Notes under the pieces: generated by a model
Told to the model about the DNA's origin: nothing
The model's database searches: none
What the model saw: only the letters and a program-made list of their open reading frames with translations
Program-made: the position numbers and the translations under genes
Assembly (NCBI GenBank): GCA_003648635.1
Contig: QMPQ01000002.1
Span: forward strand, 1-58,978
DNA length: 58,978 nt
Direction: 5' to 3'
DNA from: Bacteroidota bacterium
GTDB lineage: Bacteria > Bacteroidota > Bacteroidia > Bacteroidales > GCA-2748055
Part shown: one piece after another, positions 47,858-57,564 of the stretch
Layout: each line of letters opens with the position of its first letter
How positions within the stretch are numbered: position 1 is the first letter of the stretch

Positions 47858-47924
47858 GAGAAATTGCTTATTAGTTAATAGTTATTTTTTCTAAGTATGA
47901 GCATCAAGTACTGAGTACTAGTTA

Positions 47925-48650
47925 CTAAAGAGGGCGAACCCAGATATTGCGATAGGAGACCGGATTCCCGTGGTCCTGCAGACTGATAGGTAGTTTGGCG
48001 GGATGTGCAGTTTGCTTGGGTGCACCGATATATTCGGTAGTCCCCAGGATCTCCACATGGTTCTGGATCAATACACCATTATGAATAACAGTCACATATG
48101 GGGATGATTTTTTTGAGCCATCCTCATTGAATACCGGGGCTTTGAATATGATATCATAAGCCTGCCACTCTCCGGGGGGGAGAGTTGCGTTTACCAGCGG
48201 GATGATTTGCTTGTAAATACTGCCTGCCTGCCCATTGTAGTAGGTAAGATTGTTGTAGGAGTCCAGCACTTGTACTTCATACTTTCCCATCAGGAAAATG
48301 CCGCTGTTTCCACGCCCCTGACCATCACCCTTTACCTCTGCAGGCGAGCGCCATTCAATATGAAGCTGCATGTCGCCAAAGCTCTGCCTGGTCTTAATAC
48401 CACCTGCTCTGGCAGCCACAGTTAACTCTTCACCGGCGGTCCATTTGGCAGGACCTTCCCGCTCACTCTCCCATTTATCCAGGTCTCCAGCTCCTCCATA
48501 GAGTACAATGGCATCTGATGGTGGCAGCATTCCTTTACCAGGAGTTACAACTTCGGGTTTTCTTGACCAATCTTCGGTCTCCTCAGGTTTCTGAGCATGG
48601 ATATTCAGTATTAGACCGGAGAAGAAAATAAGGGCAATAAATTTTTTCAT
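47925..48650 (-). CDS. DUF1080 (3-keto-disaccharide hydrolase-like, LamG fold) secreted protein
   Basis: Signal peptide MKKFIALIFFSGLILNIHA. FGDMQLHIEWR...GNSGIFLMGKYEVQVLDS and NIWVRPL are the DUF1080 pattern. Confidence 0.75.
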   Translation of the reverse strand: MKKFIALIFFSGLILNIHAQKPEETEDWSRKPEVVTPGKGMLPPSDAIVLYGGAGDLDKWESEREGPAKWTAGEELTVAARAGGIKTRQSFGDMQLHIEWRSPAEVKGDGQGRGNSGIFLMGKYEVQVLDSYNNLTYYNGQAGSIYKQIIPLVNATLPPGEWQAYDIIFKAPVFNEDGSKKSSPYVTVIHNGVLIQNHVEILGTTEYIGAPKQTAHPAKLPISLQDHGNPVSYRNIWVRPL

Positions 48651-48796
48651 GAGTTCTGATTCAGTTAGGTACAAATAATAAAGCTCTAAATTAAGAAAGT
48701 TTACGAATTGTCATTCTATGAGTATTTTGTATTTTTATTTCTTATCTGGAAGATGCGGGAAACATTTCCCTGAGAGCGTGGTTATATTTATCTAGA

Positions 48797-49858
48797 ATGG
48801 ATTTCATGCGTCGTTACTTTTTCCTTACCAATCTTGCTTTAATCATCAGCATGCCGCTATTGGGTCAGAACGATGAACCGCCTAGCTTTGAGGATACTAT
48901 AGCTGTTTACGAGGATCTCTTTGAAATCAAGGAACCGCTAAACCTGACACTGAAATTCAGTGTGAAGGAATTGCAGAAAACAAAATATAAGGAGGAATAC
49001 CTTCCGGCGGTGATGACCTGTCATGTAAATGATAACTTTGAGGTAACACATGAGGTCAGGGTCAGGGCCCGGGGAGAAATAAGAAAGAAAATATGTATCG
49101 CGCCTATGTTCTGGGTGAATATCCGGCATGCCGGAATTGAAGCTGAGGATCTGAATGATGTAATCAAGCTAAAAGTTGTTCAACGCTGCAAATCCAGTAA
49201 TACATACGAATACTATGTGCTCAGGGAATATCTGGTGTACCAGATCTGGAATCTGCTTTCCCCCTATAGTTTTAATACCCGTTTGGTCAAACTTAAAATC
49301 ATTGATACAGGCCGGAAGAATAAAGAAAAAGAGGACTGGGCTTTTATCATCGAGCCGGAAGCCATGATGGTCGAGCGAAATAATAGCATGAGTATCAAAA
49401 GCGATAAGCTATCACTCAAAACGGTGAATAAGGAATGGATGGACAGGGTGGCCTTCTTTAGCTACATGGTGGGTCAAGCCGACTATTCTGTAACCGGCCG
49501 GCATAACCTGAAGATCCTGACCTCCAAAGAATACAGCTCAACAGGATTTATCCCCGTTCCCTATGATTTTGATTATTGCGGGCTGGTGGATGCCGAATAT
49601 GCCGAACCTGGAGATAACCTGGGAGTCGAAAGCGTCACGGAGAGATACTACATGGGGGCCTGCAGAAGTGAGGAGGTTTACAGAAAAACCATAGAATGGT
49701 TGGCTTCCTACCAGGACGAGATCAGGGACCTGGTCCTTTCCTTCGAATACATGGAGGAGTCCGAAAAACAGGATTTTTTGAAATACATTGAAAGCTATTA
49801 CAAGGAGTCTGAAACGAAGGCTTTTCTTGATAGAAGAATTACTCCCACCTGCCGTTAA
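48797..49858 (+). CDS. uncharacterised secreted protein, paralog 1 of a three-member family (distant CotH-like pattern)
   Basis: Signal peptide. Shares ARGEIRKKICIAPMFW, LREYLVYQIWNLLSP, WAFIIEPE, MVGQADYSVTGRHNLKIL, PVPYDFDYCGLV, YMGACR and a terminal TCR with ORFs 56448-57524 and 57565-58641. Confidence 0.8.
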   Translation: MDFMRRYFFLTNLALIISMPLLGQNDEPPSFEDTIAVYEDLFEIKEPLNLTLKFSVKELQKTKYKEEYLPAVMTCHVNDNFEVTHEVRVRARGEIRKKICIAPMFWVNIRHAGIEAEDLNDVIKLKVVQRCKSSNTYEYYVLREYLVYQIWNLLSPYSFNTRLVKLKIIDTGRKNKEKEDWAFIIEPEAMMVERNNSMSIKSDKLSLKTVNKEWMDRVAFFSYMVGQADYSVTGRHNLKILTSKEYSSTGFIPVPYDFDYCGLVDAEYAEPGDNLGVESVTERYYMGACRSEEVYRKTIEWLASYQDEIRDLVLSFEYMEESEKQDFLKYIESYYKESETKAFLDRRITPTCR

Positions 49859-49919
49859 GCCAACTTTTCAAGAAACATTTTTGCTTTGGTGTGGTTATTG
49901 CGTAATGATGAGTATAGTT

Positions 49920-51044
49920 ATGAAAAAAATACAAAAATATACTGCTGCAAGCCTTGCAGCACTTTTAATAGTGTTGTTTTCATGGCTTCCATTAAATGGA
50001 CAGGCTCAGATTGAAAGAACCGAGAGACCAAAAAATGTGATCCTGATGATCGGGGATGGGATGGGGATCTCACAACTCTCTTCTGCCTACTATTTCCCGG
50101 ATAAGAAAGATGCTGACAGGGAGCCTTCCTTCAGCCGTTTTAAATATATTGGTCTTGTAAAAACATCTTCCGGCAGGGAGGTGGTAACGCAATCGCCCGC
50201 AGCTGCAACAGCATTAGCAACAGGTTATAAAACCTACAATAGTGCTGTGGGGGTTGATCTGGATACAGTGGTGCGCGAAAATATTGTAGAAATCTTGTCA
50301 AGAAAGGGATATATGACCGGTGTTATTGCCACCTCCTATGTGACCGATGCCACGCCGGCAGGATTCTATGCTCATCAGCCCGAAAGGTATATGCAAAAAG
50401 AGATTGCCATGGACCTGCTTAAATCTGATATTGACTTTTTTGCAGGGGGCGGTTCAAAGTATTTCCGGGATTCAACAGGTGTCTTTCCATTTAAAGAGCA
50501 TGGAATAGAAGTAAATTACCGCAAGCTGAAGAAGATCAGAAAGCCGGAGCCAGGAAACAGATATGGTTTTTTACTGGATCTTGATTATATGCCACGCATG
50601 CTGGATGGGAGGGGAGATTTCCTTCCCAGGTCGACTTCCATTGCTGTGGATTTTCTTTCTACTGGAGAAGCAGGCTATTTTTTGATGGTGGAAGGATCGC
50701 AGATTGATTGGGCCGGACATGTCAATGATGTGGATTATATGAAAGCCGAGGTCAATGATTTTGAGCGAACGATCAATGCAGTGATGGACTATGCTGAGAA
50801 GAACGGAGAAACCCTGGTCATTGTAACAGCCGATCATGAGACTGGTGGTTTTACCCTGGGGGCTTCAGGAGAGAATGACGGCTACGGCGATTATTCAATA
50901 ATTGAACCCAGGTTTGCAAGCACCAACCATTCGGCAGCTTTGGTACCGGTCTTTGCCTTTGGACCGGGAGCCGAAAATTTCATCGGGGTTTATGAGAATA
51001 CAGAAATTTTCCGCAAATTAGTATCGTTGATGGAATCCGAATAA
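49920..51044 (+). CDS. alkaline phosphatase (PhoA family), secreted
   Basis: GDGMGIS, VTQSPAAATALATG (nucleophile Ser block), TDATPAGFYAH, EGSQIDWAGH, ADHETGG and NHS are all the metal-ligand blocks in PhoA order. Start at the ATG at 49920 gives the signal peptide MKKIQKYTAASLAALLIVLF. Confidence 0.85.
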   Translation: MKKIQKYTAASLAALLIVLFSWLPLNGQAQIERTERPKNVILMIGDGMGISQLSSAYYFPDKKDADREPSFSRFKYIGLVKTSSGREVVTQSPAAATALATGYKTYNSAVGVDLDTVVRENIVEILSRKGYMTGVIATSYVTDATPAGFYAHQPERYMQKEIAMDLLKSDIDFFAGGGSKYFRDSTGVFPFKEHGIEVNYRKLKKIRKPEPGNRYGFLLDLDYMPRMLDGRGDFLPRSTSIAVDFLSTGEAGYFLMVEGSQIDWAGHVNDVDYMKAEVNDFERTINAVMDYAEKNGETLVIVTADHETGGFTLGASGENDGYGDYSIIEPRFASTNHSAALVPVFAFGPGAENFIGVYENTEIFRKLVSLMESE

Positions 51045-51064
51045 TCTTAATACCTCTGTTTTAT

Positions 51065-51655
51065 ATGAATCCAAGCGATCGTGAGATCATCATCTCTATT
51101 GTTACCAATGCCTTTGAGCAGAATCCGCGTGTTATGTCGATGGTGAAGAAGAAAGATCCATCCAGAAATGTACGCCTGATGACAGAATATGCTTACCAGC
51201 TGGTGGAGAAATTTAATGGAGTATACCTGTCGGCGGACAAGACAACGGTGCTGTTCTACTATTTGGAGAGTCAGTATAAACGAACTTTTATTGACTATCT
51301 GAAATATGGTAAGATGTTTATGAAGGCCATCAGGCCCTCACAACTGATGCCTACCCTTAAAAGGGAAAAACATATCAAGAGTCTGCGTTATGACTATGAG
51401 GATTTTATCTATGTCTGGATTCTGGGTAGCGATCCAAATAAAACGAGCATTCGCGGTCTGGCCGATATCAGGAATCACCTCTTTGGCCTTTCGGAAAAGC
51501 TTCAACTTCCTATTCTGATAGAGACCACGGTCGAAAAAGTTCGGAAGCTCTACCATTATGTGGGGTTTGAAGAGTACCACAAGTGGGAGGATAACGAGGC
51601 CGGGATCGATGTATGGTTCATGGAACGAAAGGTTCAAGCTCCTAAACGGGTCTGA
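51065..51655 (+). CDS. GNAT-fold acetyltransferase-like protein
   Basis: 196 aa. FIYVWILGSDPNKTSIRGLADIRNHLF...LPILIETTVEKVRKLYHYVGFEE resembles the GNAT beta4-alpha3 and C-terminal blocks. Weak, motif-level call only. Confidence 0.45.
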   Translation: MNPSDREIIISIVTNAFEQNPRVMSMVKKKDPSRNVRLMTEYAYQLVEKFNGVYLSADKTTVLFYYLESQYKRTFIDYLKYGKMFMKAIRPSQLMPTLKREKHIKSLRYDYEDFIYVWILGSDPNKTSIRGLADIRNHLFGLSEKLQLPILIETTVEKVRKLYHYVGFEEYHKWEDNEAGIDVWFMERKVQAPKRV

Positions 51656-51662
51656 TCCCTCC

Positions 51663-52718
51663 CTACAGATTGGCAGCCAGCCAGTCTCCCACTTCAGAGG
51701 TTTTGTAGGCTTTGCCTTCAGAAATATCTTCTGTTACCACACCTTCAATCATTGAGCGGTCCACTGCATCCCGGATTGCCTGTGCCTCCTGGGTGAGATC
51801 CAGTGAGATTTCCAGCAACATGGCTGCCGAGAGAACCGTGGCCAGGGGATTGGCAATATCTTTTCCTGTAGCCTGGGGATAGGAGCCATGAATCGGTTCA
51901 AAGACAGATGTATGGATCCCAACCGAAGCAGAAGGAAGCAAGCCAAGTGATCCGGTGATCACACTGGCCTCATCCGAAAGGATATCTCCAAACATATTCT
52001 CAGTCACCATCACATCAAATTTCTTCGGCCACTGGATAATCTGCATGGCAGCATTGTCCACAAACATATAGTCCACTTCAATGTCGGGATGGGAGGGAGT
52101 CATTTCCTGGGCGGTTTCTCTCCACAACCTGGAGGTGGCCAGCACATTGGCCTTGTCTACCACTGTAAGTCGTTTGTTTCTTTTTGCAGCATATTCAAAG
52201 GCCAGCTCAAGGATGCGTTCCACCTCATATTTGTTGTAGACGCAGGTGTCAAAGGCCCTTGTGAGGTCTTCTGAACGTCCTTTCTCGCCAAAGTAGATGC
52301 CACCTGTAAGCTCCCTGACTACTACAAAATCGGCTCCCTCAACCAGGTCTTTTCGAAGGGGACTTTTGTGAATAAGGGATGGAAAGGTTGTAACCGGACG
52401 TATGTTGGCATAAAGACCAAGTTTCTTTCGCATGGCCAGCAGTCCCTGCTCCGGTCTGACCTTTGCTTTTGGATCGTTATCATATTTAGGATCGCCTATG
52501 GCACCAAACAGAACAGCATCAGAATTCATGCAGAGCTGGAAAGTTTCTTCCGGGAAAGGATCACCCACCTGGTCGATGGCAGTGGCTCCTACCAGAGCCT
52601 CTGTAAATTTGAAGGTGTGCTTGTATTTAAGGCCCACGGCATTGAGCACTTTAATGGCCTGTTCCACAATCTCAGGACCAATACCGTCCCCCGCTAATAC
52701 TGCAATATTACAATCCAT
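51663..52718 (-). CDS. leuB: 3-isopropylmalate dehydrogenase
   Basis: [13 protein letters not shown], the NLRP-type block [17 protein letters not shown] and [12 protein letters not shown]. 351 aa. Confidence 0.9.
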   Translation of the reverse strand: MDCNIAVLAGDGIGPEIVEQAIKVLNAVGLKYKHTFKFTEALVGATAIDQVGDPFPEETFQLCMNSDAVLFGAIGDPKYDNDPKAKVRPEQGLLAMRKKLGLYANIRPVTTFPSLIHKSPLRKDLVEGADFVVVRELTGGIYFGEKGRSEDLTRAFDTCVYNKYEVERILELAFEYAAKRNKRLTVVDKANVLATSRLWRETAQEMTPSHPDIEVDYMFVDNAAMQIIQWPKKFDVMVTENMFGDILSDEASVITGSLGLLPSASVGIHTSVFEPIHGSYPQATGKDIANPLATVLSAAMLLEISLDLTQEAQAIRDAVDRSMIEGVVTEDISEGKAYKTSEVGDWLAANL

Positions 52719-54236
52719 CTACTTTTCTTTTTCTATGATATTTAGCATTCTGGTGGTGCACTTGATGGCCGCAACCGTCTGGTCCGGATCCAATGCACGG
52801 GTCTTAATGAGATTTCCTTCGTAGTTCCATGTGATCATACACTGCACAAGTGCATCGGTCTTTCCGCCAGGAGGAATGGAGACCACATAGTCGGTCAGCA
52901 CCGGATGCTTCTTCTCCAGTTTGTCATATATTTTCCAGAGGGCCTTCATAAATGCATCATACTGGCCATCGCCCGAGGCGGTCCCTTCATACACCTGGCA
53001 ATCGATCTCAATGGCCACGGTGGCCACCGAGTGGAGTCCACGGGCCACAGAAAGCTGGAAGTTTTTGATTTTGATTTTTTCCTCCACCCGTTTACCGCGA
53101 AGCACGTCGGAGATAATATAGGGGAGGTCCTCTTTGGTGATAATTTCCTTTTTATCTCCAAGTTCAATGACGCGTTCGGTGACCAGTCTTGCATCCTCTT
53201 TACTTAGTTCAATACCCAGCTCTTCCAGGTTCTTCAGTATGCTGGCCTTTCCCGACATTTTCCCAAGAGCATAGCTCCTTTTTCTACCAAACCTTTCGGG
53301 AAGCAGATCATTGAAATAGAGGTCATCTTTCTGATCGCCATCCGCATGGATTCCACTGGTCTGGGTAAATACGCTCTCCCCGATGAGCGGTTTATTGGAA
53401 GGGATCCTGATGCCTGAGAACGACTCCAGTAATTTGCTGGCATGATAGAGCCGGTCCTCCTTCACATTCATCTCATATTTGAAATGATCTTTGACTACCC
53501 CGATGACGCTGGAGAGCGGAACATTCCCGGCCCGTTCTCCCAGTCCGTTCAAGGTTGTATGGATGCCGGAAATGCCTGCCTTAATGGCTGAGAAGACATT
53601 GGCTGTTGCCAGGTCGTAATCATTGTGCGCGTGAAAGTCAAAGTTCACTTCCGGATAACGACTTACCATATCCAGACAGAAATCATAGGTCTCTTGCTGG
53701 TTCAGGATCCCCAGGGTATCGGGGAGCATAAACCGTTCGATGCTCTCATCCTTTAGCGCATCCAGCAACTGGTATACGTAATCTGGAGAGTTTCTCATAC
53801 CATTGGACCAGTCTTCAAAATAGACATTCATCCGTATTCCCATCTCCCTGGCCAGCCGAAGAACTTCCTTTACATCGGCTATATGCTGCTCAGGTGTTTT
53901 TTTCAGTTGGAGCTGACAGTGCTTCAGAGAACCCTTCATCAACAGATTGTTGACCTTTCCCCCGGTATCTTTGATCCACTTCAGAGAAATATCCCCATCA
54001 ATAAATCCCAGGACTTCAACCCGTTCTAAATGTCCATGCTCCTTGGCCCAGGTAAAGATTTTTCTGGCACCCTGGTACTCTCCTTCGGAGACACGTGCCG
54101 AAGCCACTTCGATGCGGTCCACATTCAGTTCTTCAAGCAATACTTTAGCAATATTGAGCTTTTCGGTTGCAGTAAAGGATACACCGGAGGTTTGTTCGCC
54201 GTCGCGGAGCGTAGTATCCATGATGGTTATTTTCAT
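52719..54236 (-). CDS. 2-isopropylmalate synthase / citramalate synthase family enzyme
   Basis: IMDTTLRDGEQ and HAHNDYDLATAN (HMGL-like TIM barrel) plus a C-terminal LeuA-dimer regulatory domain. 505 aa. I cannot tell LeuA from CimA specificity by eye. Confidence 0.8.
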   Translation of the reverse strand: MKITIMDTTLRDGEQTSGVSFTATEKLNIAKVLLEELNVDRIEVASARVSEGEYQGARKIFTWAKEHGHLERVEVLGFIDGDISLKWIKDTGGKVNNLLMKGSLKHCQLQLKKTPEQHIADVKEVLRLAREMGIRMNVYFEDWSNGMRNSPDYVYQLLDALKDESIERFMLPDTLGILNQQETYDFCLDMVSRYPEVNFDFHAHNDYDLATANVFSAIKAGISGIHTTLNGLGERAGNVPLSSVIGVVKDHFKYEMNVKEDRLYHASKLLESFSGIRIPSNKPLIGESVFTQTSGIHADGDQKDDLYFNDLLPERFGRKRSYALGKMSGKASILKNLEELGIELSKEDARLVTERVIELGDKKEIITKEDLPYIISDVLRGKRVEEKIKIKNFQLSVARGLHSVATVAIEIDCQVYEGTASGDGQYDAFMKALWKIYDKLEKKHPVLTDYVVSIPPGGKTDALVQCMITWNYEGNLIKTRALDPDQTVAAIKCTTRMLNIIEKEK

Positions 54237-54248
54237 GACCTTGGGATC

Positions 54249-54842
54249 TTAGCTTCTTGATTTTTCAAATTCCACAATCTTCTCTTTAATACTCAGCAGG
54301 TAATCAATATCATCATAACCATTGAGAAGACACTCTTTTTTATAGGGGTTGATATCGAAGCTTTCACTTGCTCCTGAATCAGTAATGGTAATAAGCTGCT
54401 CTTCCAGGTCCACTTTGATTAGAGTAGAGGGATTGCTTTCAATGGCCCTGATAAGAGTTAAGAGGAAGGATTCTGAAACCTGCACCGGCAGGAGTCCGTT
54501 GTTGAGGGCGTTGTTCTTGAAGATATCGGCAAAAAAACTTGAAACCACTACTTTAAAACCATAGTCATGAATGGCCCAGGCAGCATGTTCCCTGCTTGAA
54601 CCACTACCAAAATTCTTACCTCCCACCAGGATGCTTCCTTTGTAGGTATTGTTGTTCAGAACAAAATCTTTTTTGGGCGCTCCGCTCTTATCAAAACGCC
54701 AGTCGCGGAACAGGTTCTCCCCGAATCCTTCCCGGGTGGTAGCCTTCAGGAATCGTGCAGGTATAATCTGGTCAGTGTCCACATTCTCAATGGGAAGGGG
54801 TACCGCCAGGGATTCTATGGTTTGAAATTTTTCGCTTGACAT
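54249..54842 (-). CDS. leuD: 3-isopropylmalate dehydratase small subunit
   Basis: [16 protein letters not shown] block. 197 aa. Adjacent to leuC. Confidence 0.9.
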   Translation of the reverse strand: MSSEKFQTIESLAVPLPIENVDTDQIIPARFLKATTREGFGENLFRDWRFDKSGAPKKDFVLNNNTYKGSILVGGKNFGSGSSREHAAWAIHDYGFKVVVSSFFADIFKNNALNNGLLPVQVSESFLLTLIRAIESNPSTLIKVDLEEQLITITDSGASESFDINPYKKECLLNGYDDIDYLLSIKEKIVEFEKSRS

Positions 54843-54887
54843 CTGATTTACTTTAATGTATTACAATGGAAACGTGAAAATGTTGTA

Positions 54888-56288
54888 TTAAAGTAAGGAT
54901 CTGGGATCCGTAACTTCTCCGGTAACTGCCGCTGCCGCTGCTGTAAGTGGACTGGCCAACATGGTACGTGAGCCGGGACCCTGTCTGCCTTCAAAGTTTC
55001 GGTTGGAAGTGGCCACAGCCAGCATTCCTTCAGGCACCTTGTCGTCGTTCATAGCCAGGCAGGCGGAACAACCGGGCTGCCTGAGCTTAAATCCTGCAGC
55101 TTCCAGGATCTCCGTGATTCCCTCTTTATGGGCTTGTTTTTCAACCTGTTTGGATCCGGGTACAATCCAGGCGGTCACATGGTCGGCCTTCTTTTTTCCT
55201 TTAACAAACTGTGCCACCTCCCGCAGATCCTCAATCCTTCCGTTGGTGCAGCTGCCCACAAATACATAATCTACTTTCCTGCCTGAGATTGGACTTCCGG
55301 CTTCGAAACCCATATAGGCAAGAGATTTCTCGTACGACTCCCTGGCAGCTGAATCAATCTCTTCAACAGTGGGGATCTTAGCTTTGATTTTTGCTCCCAT
55401 TCCCGGGTTGGTCCCGTAAGTAATCATGGGCTCAATGTCGGCAGCATCGAAGTGTAATTCCAAATCAAAAACAGCATCCTCATCGCTCTTTAAAAGCTTC
55501 CAACTCTCCACAGCCTTTTCAAAATCGGCTCCGGAAGGTGCAAATTCACGTCCCTTTATATACTTAAGTGTCGTCTCGTCGGGAGCAATCAGTCCGCCCC
55601 GTGCCCCGCTTTCAATACTCATGTTGCAAACAGTCATTCTACCTTCCATGGAGAGATTCCTGATGGCCGATCCGGCAAACTCTATGAAGTAGCCTGTGCC
55701 ACCGCTGGCGGAGATCTTTGAAATGATATAGAGGACTACATCTTTGGCTGTTACTCCTTCGGATAGTTCACCATCAACGCTGATGAGCATCTTCTTTGGT
55801 TTGGGCTGGAGTATGCACTGGGTGGCCATCACCATCTCCACTTCGGAGGTGCCAATTCCAAAGGCCACGCTGCCAAAGGCTCCGTGTGTGGAGGTGTGGC
55901 TATCGCCACAAACCATGGTCAGACCAGGTTGTGTGATACCTAACTCGGGACCGATTACATGGACGATTCCATGGTAGGGATGATTCAGCCCATAGAGGGT
56001 GACCCCGTGTTTTTTACAATTTTCGGTCAGTTTGTTTACCTGGAACCGGGAAAGTTCATCCTTGATGGAGAGATGCTGATCAATGGTTGGGACATTGTGA
56101 TCGGGAGTAGCAACGGTGTTCTCCGGACGGAACAGGCTGATTCCCCGGCTTTCGATCCCGGCAAAGGCTTGCGGACTGGTTACTTCATGGACCAGATGCC
56201 TGTCAATATAGAGTACCGAAGGGCCTCCTTTGATCTCATCCACCACATGCTTATCCCAGATCTTGTCAAATAGTGTTTTTCCTGCCAT
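54888..56288 (-). CDS. leuC: 3-isopropylmalate dehydratase large subunit
   Basis: [36 protein letters not shown] and [10 protein letters not shown] (aconitase-family Fe-S ligands). 466 aa. Confidence 0.9.
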   Translation of the reverse strand: MAGKTLFDKIWDKHVVDEIKGGPSVLYIDRHLVHEVTSPQAFAGIESRGISLFRPENTVATPDHNVPTIDQHLSIKDELSRFQVNKLTENCKKHGVTLYGLNHPYHGIVHVIGPELGITQPGLTMVCGDSHTSTHGAFGSVAFGIGTSEVEMVMATQCILQPKPKKMLISVDGELSEGVTAKDVVLYIISKISASGGTGYFIEFAGSAIRNLSMEGRMTVCNMSIESGARGGLIAPDETTLKYIKGREFAPSGADFEKAVESWKLLKSDEDAVFDLELHFDAADIEPMITYGTNPGMGAKIKAKIPTVEEIDSAARESYEKSLAYMGFEAGSPISGRKVDYVFVGSCTNGRIEDLREVAQFVKGKKKADHVTAWIVPGSKQVEKQAHKEGITEILEAAGFKLRQPGCSACLAMNDDKVPEGMLAVATSNRNFEGRQGPGSRTMLASPLTAAAAAVTGEVTDPRSLL

Positions 56289-56447
56289 TTTGTGTCAAAA
56301 TGTAACGTAAGCCGCAAATGTAAGAAACTTCTGCTACAAATTGACAAAAAATAGGCCGTTTTAATATCAAATTATCACTTCATCCTTGGGGCGGCAGGGT
56401 GTTTGGAGCAGACTTTTGCAGAATGTGGAAATTTTGTAAGTTTGAGC

Positions 56448-57524
56448 ATGCCCGGTTCATCCCATATTTATCGACTTTTCCTTTTGATATTGAGCATCTT
56501 ATTGCTCAGTCCGGGCTCTCTCTTTTCTCAGACAGAGGTGGAGCATGTACGACAGGTTGACACCATTGAAACCAGCCTGGATCTGTTTGGTGAGACCAAG
56601 CCCATGCATATTACACTTAGCCTTGATTTGAAGAAGTACCAGCGAGAGAAGTATAAGGGGAAATATATGCCGGTCCACTTTCATTATTATCTGAATGACA
56701 CCCTCCAGATTGATAAGGAATTGCAGCTGAAAGCCCGTGGAAACTTCAGAAGAACTCACTGTAGTCTTGCTCCCTTCTGGCTGGATGTCCGGAATGTTGA
56801 TTTGAAGAGCGATGACATGCAGGACGTCAAAAGGATTAAGATTGTTACCCACTGTAAAGGATCCCAGGCTTATGAGGAGTATGTGTTGAAGGAATATCTG
56901 TGCTATAAGATATACAATATCATATCTCCGGTCAGTTTCAGGGTGAGATTGGTAAGGATGACCTATGTGGATACTGGAAGAAATAATAAAGTTACCGAGG
57001 GCTGGGCCTTTATGATTGAACCAGAGGAGATGCTCGCTCAACGTATGAATGCTAACGTGGTGAAGAGATATGATTTAACGACCAGTTTATTACGGCCCTG
57101 GGAGATCGATATACTTGCGCTGTTCCAATATATGATCGGGAATGTTGATTATTCAGTTTATGGCCGTCAAAACATGAAATTCCTGGGCCTACCTGGTTAT
57201 GGAACTGCAGGATATACACCTGTTCCCTACGATTTTGATTACACGGGCCTGGTGGATGCTTACTATGCGGAGCCTTCGGAGTACGTGGGGATCAAGTCAG
57301 TCAGGGAGCGTGTGTACCTGGGGCCCTGTAGAGAAGCTGAGGCCTATCTGGCAGCTGTTGAACATATCAAGCAGTGCAGGGAGGAGATCATCCAGCTGGT
57401 GAAGGATTTTGAGTTTCTCAATCAGAAAGATAAAAAGTCTGTCATCGACTACCTTGAGCAGTACTTTGATTTGTCCGAAAATCCAAAATACCTTATTTCT
57501 TTCATGCAAAGGACTTGCATTTAA
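56448..57524 (+). CDS. uncharacterised secreted protein, paralog 2 of the family (distant CotH-like pattern)
   Basis: The ATG at 56448 gives the signal peptide MPGSSHIYRLFLLILSILLLSPGSLFSQ. Exactly 358 codons, the same as paralog 3. Conserved blocks as for paralog 1. Confidence 0.8.
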   Translation: MPGSSHIYRLFLLILSILLLSPGSLFSQTEVEHVRQVDTIETSLDLFGETKPMHITLSLDLKKYQREKYKGKYMPVHFHYYLNDTLQIDKELQLKARGNFRRTHCSLAPFWLDVRNVDLKSDDMQDVKRIKIVTHCKGSQAYEEYVLKEYLCYKIYNIISPVSFRVRLVRMTYVDTGRNNKVTEGWAFMIEPEEMLAQRMNANVVKRYDLTTSLLRPWEIDILALFQYMIGNVDYSVYGRQNMKFLGLPGYGTAGYTPVPYDFDYTGLVDAYYAEPSEYVGIKSVRERVYLGPCREAEAYLAAVEHIKQCREEIIQLVKDFEFLNQKDKKSVIDYLEQYFDLSENPKYLISFMQRTCI

Positions 57525-57564
57525 GATTGGTTTCGCCGCGCATGTTTTTTTTATATATTTGAGT

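Noticed and set aside
56298-56323. Direct repeat AAATGTAA-N10-AAATGTAA upstream of leuC
   Set aside because: An 8-nt AT-rich repeat in an AT-rich spacer is easily chance, and I recognise no matching regulator motif.
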